Assembly: GCA_015134435.1 (NCBI GenBank)
Contig: CP043989.1
Location: forward strand, 90,001 to 122,000
Reading direction: 5' to 3'
Source: Candidatus Saccharimonadota bacterium
Lineage (GTDB): Bacteria; Pseudomonadota; Gammaproteobacteria; Enterobacterales; Enterobacteriaceae
Length of the DNA: 32,000 nucleotides
Part shown: positions 31,785 through 32,000 of the stretch, one piece after another
Layout of the letters: each line of letters starts with the position of its first letter
Numbering within the stretch: the first letter of the stretch is position 1
Notes under the pieces: generated by a model
The model's database searches: none
Told to the model about the DNA's origin: nothing
What the model saw: the letters and a program-made list of their open reading frames with translations, nothing else
Program-made: the position numbers and the translations under genes

Positions 31785-32000
31785 ATGTCAGATAAAATTA
31801 ATTTTGATATTTCTTATATTAATAAAAAAATTAAAAAAATTAGTTTATTATTAAATAATAATTTTTTGTATAATGATTATAAAAATTTAAATTTAATAAA
31901 TAAATATAAAAAATTATGTAAAATTAAAAATTATTTTAATAATTTAAATAAATATTCTAAAGAATTAAAAGATGTAAAATTATTAATTAATGATAAAGAA
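31785..32000 (+). CDS. prfA: Peptide chain release factor, RF1-like N-terminus (partial; runs off the window)
   Basis: A 72-codon open frame starts at an ATG preceded by 'GGTGA' at 31776-31780. 'CKIKNYFNNLNKYSKELKDVKLLINDKE' aligns position-for-position with E. coli RF1 '[28 protein letters not shown]'. There is no RF2-type frameshift site. The RF1 versus RF2 call is also supported indirectly by the UGA reassignment. Confidence 0.7.
   Translation, partial: MSDKINFDISYINKKIKKISLLLNNNFLYNDYKNLNLINKYKKLCKIKNYFNNLNKYSKELKDVKLLINDKE

Overview
This window is extremely AT-rich: by eye roughly 85-90% A+T, and some spacers are almost free of G/C. It is gene-dense and consists entirely of core housekeeping genes. 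Conserved genes look fragmented in the supplied standard-code ORF track, but each becomes one full-length frame when TGA is read as Trp (translation table 4). The TGAs sit at universally conserved Trp positions, for example GyrB 'RFWPD', TyrRS 'GGSDQWGN' and LeuS 'PIGWDSFG'. Under that code I call 31 CDS, of which 29 have assigned functions and 2 are orphans, plus 4 tRNAs. The assigned genes are leuS, rne, rluC, rpmF, acpP, sufEDSCB, ruvX, rluD, mnmE, rnpA, rpmH, dnaN, gyrB, rpsP, trmD, rplS, truA, eno, tyrS, pyk, gyrA, ychF, lysS, pth and prfA. The tRNAs are Asn-GUU, Ser-GGA, initiator Met-CAU and Val-GAC. Local gene order mirrors classical proteobacterial operons, but with clean deletions of dnaA/recF, yidD/yidC, rimM, plsX-fabHDG, sufA and prfB. 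Composition, code and synteny fit a highly reduced insect nutritional endosymbiont of Proteobacteria. Candidatus Zinderia-like is my best guess, and I cannot verify it without a database search. I found no mobile elements, CRISPR arrays, defence or toxin systems, or rRNA, and I cannot support a claim of a novel multi-gene system here. The points most worth follow-up are the exclusive UGA-Trp usage with RF2 missing from its usual locus, the dnaA-less origin-type locus, a minimal RNase E, and two orphan membrane-like ORFs.
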